A stretch of 59,691 nucleotides of DNA, counting the filler, from Bipalium vagum (taxonomy: Eukaryota), in assembly GCA_037834085.1 (NCBI GenBank). It is 3 parts of 3 records of this genome, joined end to end, with 100 filler letters (N's around TTAATTAATTAA, not from the genome) between each part and the next. Parts side by side here need not be neighbours in the genome. Positions count along the whole stretch, not along the records: positions 41,492 to 59,691 come from JBBMKC010036995.1; 2 more parts are not named here. One strand, 5' to 3'. The notes beneath the pieces are model-generated. The model worked only from the letters and a program-made list of their open reading frames with translations. It was not told where the DNA came from and did not search any database. The position numbers and the translations under genes are program-made. Below, piece by piece: positions 43,877 to 55,891 of the stretch. Within the stretch, counting starts at the first letter, position 1, and each line of letters opens with the position of its first letter.

Positions 43877-46800
43877 ATGGATAAAGTATTAGAACTTACT
43901 CAAATTTTAAGTTTTAATATGAACCATTGTTTAAATATCTTAATTAAGATTTATTAATTTATGTAATTTTAAATATGACAGATACAAATATCAAAGAGTT
44001 TATCAATCTTGTAATATTTGATATATGAAATTGAAATAACTAATCTCATTTTATTTAGAATCAAAATTTATTTTTCTTTAATATTCCAGTTGAGCAGAAA
44101 GAAGTTTTATGAATAATTTAGGTTATATTTCATATCTTTTATTTAGGAAATTTCTTCAAATTGTGTTGAAATAATTTTAAGCAGTAAATCTCAATCTACG
44201 GAAAATTTAGTAGAAGCATTGGAATGCATGAAGATTTTGTCTCGGGATGTCAGTATGCAACCATACCTTTGTAATGAAGATATATGGACAGAGTTATTGA
44301 AGTTATCTAACATTTATCAATATGATGAGCAAAGCAATGAAATTGCTCATTTTGCTAGTCATCCTACAATAGTTGTGGATCATACTATTAAGGTTTTGTG
44401 TAACATGACAAAAAATTTTTACTTTACTATTCCAGTGAATCTGTAAGTGATATTGTTATTTCTCTATTGACAATTTTTCTTTGTTAGGCAAAAGGAAGCT
44501 GTGACAGGCATTCTTAATAGAATCAAATTGTACGAAGAAAACTCATTAGAATCAACTATAAATATTAAAGTTTAACTATATAGCTTTATTACCCATAAAA
44601 TTTAATTATTTATTTCAGATTTTCGAAACAAAATTATTGTTCTTGTTAACAGCTCTTTTTTCTGAAACAAGGTTAATTTTTTTATTTGTTATTTATTATA
44701 ATTTTTGTTTCTAAAACAGTCCAATTTTTTGTCAACTTGTAAGTTTTCGTTCTGCAATGTGGAAAATTTCGTTCATCTTTCTATCGTATAAATCTTTTCG
44801 TAATATAAATAATGATCTAAAATTCAATTTAGAAAATTTAAAAAATATTTTCTTCAGATAAATGTTTTGTTATCCATTACTTTGAAATTTATGTATACTT
44901 CAAATTAGTTTTAATATTGAGTCTTCGTATTGTTCAAAAATATTACAAAATTGAAATGACAAAAATTAATAATATAAAAATTGATAATAAAGTTTTTATT
45001 TTAACACATTAAAGAATCAACCTTTGACAATTATTATACAGTAGTCTTTTTATATTAAACGTGATTTAAATTGATCTTGCTTCTCTCATATGAGCCGGTG
45101 GAGGAGATGTTTTCTTATCTAATCATGATTTAGATATCTGGCAGTTGTGCACAATGATTGTCTTCATCGATTATCTGCAGTAATGGAGTCACACCTAAAA
45201 AATGTCAAAGACCTTTCCGTTGACGAAGTACTTTTGGATTGTGAGATCTTAAAGTGTTTGTTCAACGTTCTTTACCAATCGGCGGACGAAATTATTGAAA
45301 GAGTAAGTTTTGTTAATTTTTAATAATATTATTATGTTATAATCGATTACAATAAAATATCAACCGATTTTAGAGTGTGGAAAAGGAGATGAATTCACTT
45401 CTGAATTGTCTGAAAAATTTGACAGTCGAAGTTAATCATCTGGAATCGATCCCAGAAAATGTCAAGGTAGAATTTATCAGGTGGCCTTTTGATGTTTCCT
45501 TCAATCATTTCCATTTCTATATTCAATCTTCATTTATGGACCTTAATAATTGATTATTTTTATTAATTGATAGCAATACGGCTAATCTCCTGACCTCAAT
45601 TCCGGACTCGAGTTTTCAGTATTTACTGTTCCCATCGAGAATCGAGACCGAAGAGAATCTTTATAAGGATCCACAATCTCTTCGATATATCCAATTGATT
45701 CTTAATCTAATCGAGCTTCGATTGAATGAGGTTTTAATTATTGATCCATAGAAATTTCATTTTTACTAAAGAAAATTTTATGGAATTTTTGATTTTCAAA
45801 TAATATTTTTTACTTTTTTGAATTTGCTATTTTAAATTTTTCTTGACATTTTTCAACTAGAATACTCATTTATTGGAAACTCTTGCTCCTTTGATGCATG
45901 CCATGGGAAAAGGATGCTTGGCCGAGAGAAATATTCGAAAATATTGTCGACTTAAAGTATGTTTGTTAATATATTATTGATTATTTTATAAAAAAGCATG
46001 AATGTCGCAAAATTAAAACAATATAATCTTTGATAATAACTTGAATTGTTAGATAATTTTTTTAATTAATTCAAATATATTATTATATTATTAATCAATA
46101 TATTAATTGATTTAATATCAATCTAATAAATTCAAAATGAAATCAACACGATGTGAACAAAGTGCGGTCTGTGTAATAAATTTTTCAAGCGTTACAATGG
46201 CAATATGAAGATGACAAAAAAATCATTTTAATGCAAGGTTAGGTCAGGATGACAGTTGAACGGATATTTAAACGTTATCAGAAGTTTGGTACAACAAAGT
46301 ATTCCAAAAATTCCGGCCTCAAATCAAGTGTTTTAAGTTAAGTTTTGATTTTGAAGATTATCAGAAAAAAAGTCAAGAAAGAAGACAGTTGTTCCAAAAT
46401 ATCAAAATGATCAACCAAAGAGAGCTCAAAGGCGTGCGAAAAGTTGTACAGGAGTGTTGTGCCAAGCTGTGGAAGGAAAATTATAATAATGGACGATGAA
46501 ACATTGTCCACTCGATCTCAGCCAAGTTCCAAGCAATGAATATTGCAGCGTAGTAAATGGCCATGAGACAAATGCTATTCATAAAATTAAGTCTAAAGGA
46601 AAATTCTGTAAGATTGGAATATGCCAAGCAATTGAACAAAATGGAGATATTTTTAGATCTTACACCTATTATGGTACAACGAACGCAAGTATTTATTTGA
46701 AAGAGTGTATTCGGAAGATTTTCATTCCATTTATCAACAAGTACAAATAAAATCGTGATGTCTTGTTTTGGCCTGATCTCGCAAGATACCACTATGCAAA

Positions 46801-48886
46801 AGATGTTCAGGAAGAATTTTTTGAAGAAAATATTGAATGTCTCAGAGAAAGACAACAGTTCAAATACATCTCAGAATCATTCGATTGAAACATTTTAATC
46901 TTTGTGCAAGCAGAAAAATTCCGTTTCAATACCAAAGTTTAAAAGAAAATGGATTGACATTTCAGAAAGAGTCTCGGAAAAACATGGTTTGAATCTATTC
47001 AGAAACTTTAAGAGAAAACTTTATCAAACTTTGAAGAATGGTGTATGTTAAATAATAAATCTGTCTGTAGATCATAAATATATTTTCTTCTCGTTTAACT
47101 TATATAGCTACAAGTATTAATAACACTACTCTACAATTTTTAACTTTATAATTTAATTTTGTGACATTAAACCCAGTTAATGCATTAATACATTTATTAT
47201 TATTGAGTTATAATATGAATAGTTCAAATATAAATTTTAATCTGGAGATGAATAATAATTATTAATAATAAATGTATTCCTAATTCCTTCAAATGTTAAT
47301 TAACCTGAACATTAAAAATTAGGTCTTGCCTTATATGAAAAAAGAGGTTATGGAACTTCCCGAACATGGGAATTCTATCAGAAACAAGTCTGTATTATTC
47401 ATTGTGAATATTTATGCAATAAAATTCTCTGCGTAGATTGTGCAAATTGTTACAACATCCTTGTGAACAAGTGACAGAATCTGTAGCATTCTTTCTTTTT
47501 ATTCTGTGCAAAGAAGACGGTAAGTCAAGGCAAGTATGAAAATGAATAATTTCACTCCGCATTGATTTTAGTTGAAAGAGCAATCAAATATACGGGGTTC
47601 GGTAATTTTGCTGGATTTCTGGCAAGGCACGCATTATTGTCAAGGTCGAAGAACCAAGATTACACGAGTTACAGCGATTCTGAAGATTCGGACACCGAAG
47701 AATATTTAAATGTAAGAGATAAAGTGAATCCAGTCACGGGGAGAGTTGAAGAGAATCCTACAAATCCATTGGAGGGCATGACGGAAGAGCAGAAAGAATA
47801 TGAAGTTGTTCGACTGATGAATCAAATTGATTTACTTCAAAAGTAATAGAATTTCGTATAACTTATTTAAAGTATTATTATTATTCTTTATCTGATGATT
47901 TTGTCCATCAAATACAAAAGTAAGAAAATTTTTACAGCATATACAAATAAAGCTCACAGAGTTTCGACTAACAAATCATTTATAGCAAAAGCAACTATAA
48001 AAGCACCACTTCTGATATATAACTGAGGTTTCAAAATGTTAAAAGCTCTGGCTGGTTTAAAACTGTTTATAAATCAAAAATTTATTAAACACATTTTTAT
48101 TAATCAAAATGTGACTGTTTTTATTGATTATTATTTATATAGTAACGAGTTGGATTGCAAACTTGATTATACAAATGTTTTTAATTGGAAGCATGACAGA
48201 CAAAAATGAGTTGGAAAAAAACTTGATCCAAAAAATCTTCTGAAACGAGTTCTGAGTTGTGGTTCTGTTGTCATCAATAAAATGATTAGAAGAATGGAAG
48301 GAACACGTTTATATGTGTGTACACAATAAACGATTTTTTTCTCAAATCTGTACAGAAGACTCAATCAATTTCTTTTAATCGTCATCTTTCATTTTCGTGT
48401 TGAATTCACTTTGCAACCAGTCTTAATAGTCGACCACTTTACGACAGTGTTTGACGCCACCGATGACAAGGATATCTGTCCTTTTTTCTCCATAAATATA
48501 TTTCACGATCAAGTTGAAATCCAGCAGATAACCCAAACCCCAGGGTCAATAAAAAAGTGATAGGTCAAATAGTTAATTATGATGAATGGTATTTTAACGA
48601 CAAAGAAGAAAGACGATTTCCTACCAAAAATATACACAAAAGGTTATTTCCTGACTTTCCAAAGATGTGAGACAAACAGGTTGATTTAGATGATTAATAA
48701 TATTTAGTTATTAATTTTTGCTTTCTGTAATTGGAAAATATCATTTTTGTTTTTTAAAAAATTGAATGATTAATAATGGATTTTTTTAGACAAGGAATAA
48801 TAAAACCTGGTGTCATTACCGAAGATGGCGGTGTTCGACCAGTTGAAAGTGTGCTGGAACTTGTTGAAAGAGCGAAATCTGATTAA
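43877..48886 (+). CDS. RIC8: Ric-8/synembryn (G-alpha GEF and chaperone). Exons: start uncertain (43877 or 43975) to 44010, 44059-44103, 44147-44442, 44488-44569, 44619-44671, 45134-45302, 45374-45480, 45574-45730, 45861-45956, 47323-47387, 47437-47519, 47572-47842, 48790-48886
   Basis: Continuous spliced frame. Motifs: [61 protein letters not shown], CK2 segment YSDSEDSDTEEY, VNPVTGRVE and NPLEGMTEEQKEYE. Confidence 0.94.
46137..47050 (+). mobile_element. DD37E/TRT transposase remnant in a ric-8 intron
   Basis: IIMDDE, CQAI, GTTNASIYLKECI and VLFWPDLARYHYAK. Same family as 23603-24878 but more decayed. Confidence 0.85.
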
Positions 48887-50469
48887 GTGGATAGAGAAAG
48901 ACCACGTGGTGATGATCACTAATGTTAAGATTAACATTAATGGTTAGAAAAGAGTTCTCCTGTCATGTCTTGTCATTAAATTGTTTAATTGAACTCATTT
49001 AGTTCATGTTTTGGATCACAATCTTATTTTAATGTTACACAATAAAGTTGTTTATTGATTTGGATGTTTTTATCTAAAAATTATAGGCCTACCAGAATTA
49101 CGTGAGAAAGTAGAATTTTAAGGTAAAGTGGAAATAAGCAACAATGCCTATATCCTATCGACCTCTTATAGAAGTAATATAAATCCGATCACTAAGAAAC
49201 TAATGTAATACAAACTCAAATAATAGGACCACAATTCATTCAATTTAGATAAGACCTTGTTTCTGCGGTTAAATTTCCGATGATAATGTGAATCCTTGAA
49301 GTATCCTGCTTTTTGTAACTGTTGACATGAACTAAATATTTTTTATATTTATTTTCATCTTTAGAGAAATTTTTTTAAAAAAATAACATTTGATGATCAA
49401 AATGTGCCAATAAAAATATATTGTCAATTCTTTTCTTAAATAGATTAATACATGATGTAAACATAATTAATATTTATTTTTGTTTTTAAATACTGATGAA
49501 AAATGGTACAGAAAATATTTGGATGATTTTTCTGAAATGGAAATAGGAAAAATACATTTTTGTATACATGTCACAATTATATGGAACAAGATTAATTTTT
49601 AAAATTGTAAGACTTATTACTGTTAATAAAAAAATTCTACAAAAGAATCTTAGAGAGATTATTTGGAAAAATAATATATGCAACACTTTTTTCATGTATC
49701 ATAAAACTCACTACCAATTAAGATCTTTAATTTTTTTCCAGTTTTTACTTTCCAAATATCAATTTTATGGTTTTATTTAATATTAACTCTGTTGGAATTG
49801 TGACCCAATTTATTATACTTTTTATCATATTTATCTTACAACCAAATCTGTACTAAATAAGAAAACTTATTTATATATGATTAAATCAAAACCAATATGA
49901 GAAAAAGAAAAATTTGACAAGCATTAATTTTTTAATAATAATAATATAACTTAATAATATAATAATAATAGTATAACTTACTAAAAATAAATTGTATACA
50001 AAAAAATTTAATATTAAAAAATATAAATAAAATATATTGATAAAAAATTATAACTAAAAATAAAACAATAATTAAAAAATGTCTATAAAAATCCAAATTA
50101 AAAATAACAAACGGCACTTACATTTACCGCAGACATAGACGAATTTCTGCATAATCAGATCCATCACGGCAAAACATTATATCAAGGCAAATATTCAAAA
50201 TAAATCACCCACGAAGATCAAATTGAATACAAATACGATTAAGTCAACAATTCAAAAACACATTAACAAGTTATTTATGCGAACAAGTAATATTTCTTGA
50301 ATTTTTATAATCTTATTATATTTTCTCTTATAATTTAAATTTTATAATTGGTAATTCTAAAGAATTATACAATTACTTTAAACTAAATAAACTCACTAAA
50401 TTAAACCCTCAAGTTGGTAAATTTTAATATAATTATACAACTGTTCTAATTAAATATCTTATAAATAAG

Positions 50470-50861
50470 TGTTGGGGTTTTGCCCTAAAATCAAGTAACT
50501 GTTTTTGTTTTCTCCTTCACTTCCGTTGCAGATATTTTTATTTTTGTAGTTCACACACTAATTAGGGTGGTGAATTACCTACCTTTGATGGCTTTTGAGA
50601 CACTGATTTCTTTATCAATGCGAAAAGATTTCCTCCCTTTAATTAATCCTAAACTCGGGGAAAGTTTTCTTACAGAGGATTGTTCAAACGGCAATCACTT
50701 TCGTTTTGTAAAATCACTTAACCATTTGTCATTTACTATCAATAAAGATTGAAAAACATTTCGTTATCTTAGTCGATTAAAAATCAAAGTCAGATCACGC
50801 TTAAAATAACCTTCTAACCGTTAAGCTCTTATTTTTAGTTCCACTTTTAAGAGACTTAACA
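50470..50861 (+). mobile_element. LTR (TGTT...AACA) of the Trp-PBS retrotransposon family
   Basis: Colinear similarity with 21024-21373 (TTTGAGACACTGA, TGCGAAAAGA, GAGGATTGTT, GCAATCAC, TCTTAGTCGATTAAAAATCA, AACCGTTAAG). No clear TSD, so the 5' boundary is uncertain. Confidence 0.85.
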
Positions 50862-50914
50862 AACCAATATGCTGTGATATTGCTTATGTTCCAGAAAACA
50901 ATTAACACTGTACA

Positions 50915-51000
50915 GAGGACAGGCGCCTTGGAATGAAAATCCACCCCAAACAATTACTGAACCTCCTTCATGTTTAACAGTTGGAGCTATGTAGTTCAAC
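50915..51000 (-). mobile_element. Tc1 transposase fragment
   Basis: NYIAPTVKHEGGSVIVWGGFSFQGACP. Confidence 0.8.
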
Positions 51001-54000
51001 ATCTTTTTTTTTCGTTATGAGATTTGTTCTTCAAGAACTAGTGAAAGTACTGGGAAATTATATAAAAAAATGTTTATGCCGATCTTACCTAGTAACATCT
51101 ATATTTATATCATTTATTTATTTTAAAAATAATTAGTAACTAAGTAGTACCTACGATGAGTTCGGACAAAAGTTATGATGATGAATAAATGTATAAAAAT
51201 GATTTTGTCATGAGTTTTCCGTTTTTTTAAGAAATCATAATAAATAGGTCTCATATGAGAACTTGAAAAGACGAGATTCTCAACTCATTACGTATAATAA
51301 TGTATTTGACGCAACCATGATGACTAATAGATGGACAGTGTTAAGCCAGTGACTTACAGTGGGGGGTTGAGATCAAGGTTGTATGTAGATTCCAATTTCA
51401 GATCAGATGATCGCCCTAGAATAGCGTGCTCAAGTTCTCAAATTATTTTAGCTGGTACTGATTTAATTCAAACTTGATTTCCAATACTATTCTTAGATTT
51501 ATCATGCATAAAAATAACATCTTTAATAATAAGATCAATCTATTGCTTTGTGAATTTAATTAGAAAAGAGAATAATACTTATTTGTTTATTTCGCCAGTT
51601 TTCTTGTAATTTCTATATTATATAAAAATTATTTTAACATGGTCCAGGTGTTAATATTTTCTTTCGATCATTATTCTATGATAACATTTTAAAGTTTAAT
51701 TATTTTTCTTATAATCCTTATTTTTTATTTTTTTTATTTCATATCTTTTTTTGTAATAATTTTAATAATTATTAATAGTTTTTTTATTAAGAGAAGGAAA
51801 ATATAAAAATAAAGTTCAATTATTTATATAAAAGATTTGAATTTTTATAAAGGGGTTTATTCATATAATAAACTGATGTGTACAAAATAAAATATACCAA
51901 ATGAAATATGTGGCACCAAATAATGAACTATTTATTATCAATAATAAATCAATCAGAAGAAGAATGTTAAATATTTGACTATTTAAGTGGCAGTCTCCAC
52001 AGACATTATGTGACGGATAATGTGACAGATTAAATTAAATGTATTAACATGCAATAATATTTTTGTTAAAATGAAAATTTAAATTTTACCATTATTATTA
52101 TTAATATTATTTATTGAAATACATTGATAAATTTTTTTCTACAATTTCTCGTAATAGACTTTGTCTCTGTTCCGTTATTATCTGTTTGTATTTACTGAAG
52201 CTTCTTTCAAAATCAATTTTTTTATATAATCGTCATTTTTGAATGATCGTTTATCTTTCACAAGTTTAAGATATACTTAAAATTTTAAAATAAATAAGAT
52301 TTTAAAATTTTTTTCAATTATTCCTTTAACTGATTGTCCCATATTAATAAAAATCTACTATGTAATCTGGTTTTACTTACCAAAGACAGTTTTCAAAAGT
52401 GATTAGACTGAAAATTCATTGATTCACGTTAGAGATATTGAACTATCAAATTTTCATGTATTGCCTAATTATTTATTCTCTTTTCAATATAAAACAATTA
52501 ATACAAAAATATGAACAGTCTGCTAATTTAAGTAGTTTAAGAGACATAGTGATTACCTTTGATTTCTCTTGACCAAAGAATTTAATGAAAGATATATAAA
52601 AATGCAAACCTTTTGCAGAGTTCTAAATAAATTAGACAAGTTTTTTGAAAAAGCTTATAAGGTGCATAAAATTTTTTTGTCGCATGTGGTAATAAAACCT
52701 TAAATGATACAATAAGAAATTTTTAATCTTTGTAAAGAGTTTTTTCCATTTCTTCAAAACTTTTTATAGCTTTTTTCTTTTTTTTAATTTAAATTTAATT
52801 TTTAATTCTTTAATTTTCTATTAATAGTGAATGTGAATATCAGATTTTTCATGAATTAAGTTTTAGTAACGTTCTCTTAATGATTAAATATAAAAAATCT
52901 TCACAGTACATATCAAAATGTTCTCTTTTATGAAAAAATCTACTATCTTTCAACTAACTTCATTATTCCACTGGTACAAAACTCAAATCCTAGTGTATTC
53001 GGAAGATCTCATACCTTGGGTGTGTTATATTTAGTAAAACTGCCATTTCCATAGTGTTGAGAAATGAATTGTTTGATGATTATTTAATAAATATTTCACT
53101 TGTTTTTCTATATTTTATTTTTTTTTAATATTTTTATTTTTGTATATATTTTATTTTTTTATTTAAATTGTTCAAATCATTTTTAATTAAACCATTTTTA
53201 GTTCACACTTTTTCTACGAAATCTAATTTATCTACGAATATATTTATTTATAATTTTCTTAGTTTCTTTGCTTGGGTTTCAAAATAATAATATAATCAAT
53301 TTATTTATTTCAAGTGGGATTAAAAATATGCGATATACGGGATGCATATTCATCAATTATTCGGTTAATTAAAATTCACATTTCATTACTAAGGGAAAAA
53401 GTAAATATTGTATATAGAACTAACAAAATCACATTTATTTCCATAAATAATACAGGATAACTATACTGTCCTGATCATTCACAAAATTTGATCAAAGTTA
53501 TCACAATTTCTGCTCAGTAAAATGAAGATATATAAATAAAAATGAGACAAGTACAATCTAAGTTTTTTATTTTAAAATGATCTGTACTGTTCAGTTTTTA
53601 TTTAACTACAAATATAGAAATAAAAGTTTTTTTCGGAATTTATTTAATTAATTTCATTATTTAAATATCAATGGAAATACAATGGTTCATTAAACTAATT
53701 TGTTCTTTATTTGTCACGGAAATAATGTCTTTTGTCTCGTAATCCCCGAAGTTTTTAGTCTTGAAATAATAATTTCTATTTTTAAGTTTAAAAATATAAA
53801 GTTTTCCTTAACAAATTCTTTTTAAACTCTCTTGCTAAATCAAAAATGAAATTAAAAAATCCAAAAGAAGTCTAATTATTTTAAACCGGAACCCTTAAGA
53901 AAAGACAAAATATTTAAATATATTAAATGTTAAAAAAATATCAAATTTAATATATATTTACAATTTTTCTTAAATATTAATAAAAAGGTTTTCAAATTTA

Positions 54001-55891
54001 ATGATCATTAAAATAAAAATTTCATAATTTTTTTAAAAAAATTATTGGCTATATAAATATACTTTTATGTTTTACTTAGTTTTTTTTTTCAGTTAAAAAG
54101 TTTAAAGTTGAAGTTAAAAATCAAAAATTGAGCTTTTAATTGTTTTTATGATTAAAAAATTTAATTAGCAAATTGAGAAACAGAGAATTAATCTTTTGAT
54201 TCAAAATCAAAAATATTAATGAAATTCGAATTTCATTTTCAAAAACACGATAATTTTGTTATTTATTGTTTTTTTTATAGTTAAAATATAAATAAAAATA
54301 TTACTTAGAAAAAAATATCATCAAACTATATCTTGACATAAAACTGATAACTAATTGAAAATAATGAATATTTTTAATTAGCTGGGCCGAAATTTTAATT
54401 TTTCTTACAATAATAATAATTTATCTATTTTATTCACTGACTGATACAGATGAACAAGTAAAATTAAATACGAAAGTAAATCTCATTATTGTTCTAAGAA
54501 AAGTATAAAATACTACTATTAAATAATTTTTTAGTAAATTATTATAAATAATTAATATTTTTAAAATTATTTTAATTAAAATACTCCTGTTTACCTGTCT
54601 TGCATCCAAATATCAAACATATCAAATCCGATGAACGGCTTGAGTGAAGTATTTGTAGGAAAATATAAGTAAAAATAAGTAAATTCATTCTTCTATCATT
54701 CATTTCATCTTTTGTAATTGTTAAAATTTTATAAGATACCAAATCTAACAGAAGATTAAATATTTACAAATCAACCAATTAGAGAATATTTAAGAAATTT
54801 CATTAAAACAAATTAATTATATAACTAAGTTATAATTTAATAATTGAAAATGTAACATGAATTAGATAAAATATATTTTGTTTTTCAAGCATTTAAGTTT
54901 CTGACAAAGAAAATATTTGAATAGCGAAAATATACGAAAAAATTAACTAATGAATTCGACCTTCAGCCTTAGACTGAAATTAAGTTTGTCTCTTTAACTA
55001 ACATATGGCATTGATCAACCTTTGTATTAAACAAAATAAAAATATTTCGATTAATATATTAATCAATATTATTTTCATAACTTTAAGATGCTAATACATC
55101 GATTTATCGACTAATGATTCTGATTAAAAATTGAAATGACTTCATAATTAATTCATTAAAACAAATATTAAATAGAATGATTTAAATGCATTTATGTAAT
55201 AAAATCTTTTTAAAGTCTTAGAAAATGTCAATCTTTAAGTCCAAAGTTTCTGAACAAATAATTGTTTTTTACATCTTATATACTGTACAAAGAAGAATTT
55301 GTTCATAAGTGAATTAGTTATGATATTTGCAATTTGTTTTAATTAGTAAATATGTTTGATTACTGTGTTGTTGTTTTTTAAATGAGTTTTAAACAAGATT
55401 TTACTGATTAATTACATACTTATCAATCTAAGCTTTTTAATTCTAATTTATTAATATTTGTTTTCTAAAATAGATATTACAAAAATAATCTTTAAGATTC
55501 ATTAAAAAAAAAGTCAAATTCATAAAAATTGTGAATTAATTTGAATCAGTAAAAATAAATTTAAAAATGCACGATTTGATCAATTTTTTAAACCTCAATT
55601 ATTTATCTCTACTTTTTTTTCATATACTTTTAATTTAAAATGTTCAATTTTTTGTTTATATTAATACTTTTATCTACAATGATTAATAGATTATTAAAAA
55701 TTAGAAAATAAAGAATTTATGAAATTTATTTTCAATAAAATTCATGGTTTAAAGTAATAAAAAATTATTTTAAGAAGACACAAAGTAAGTGAAAAATAAT
55801 TCATACACTTAATAAAATCAATAGTGTAATAAGTCGATTAAAAGAATTATTTTTAAATGTAAAGAAAGATCAAAACAACAATAAAAGGTTT

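Noticed and set aside
48140-48700. Coding-like patch in the last ric-8 intron
   Set aside because: Multiple stops in all frames and no recognisable motif; probably old TE debris.
49486-50117. Short hydrophobic ORFs
   Set aside because: Low-complexity AT-rich artefacts (F/I/Y/K/N-biased).
51305-51430. Possible C/D snoRNA or SINE (ATGATGA in a GC-richer patch)
   Set aside because: No convincing D box with terminal stem and no Pol III boxes.
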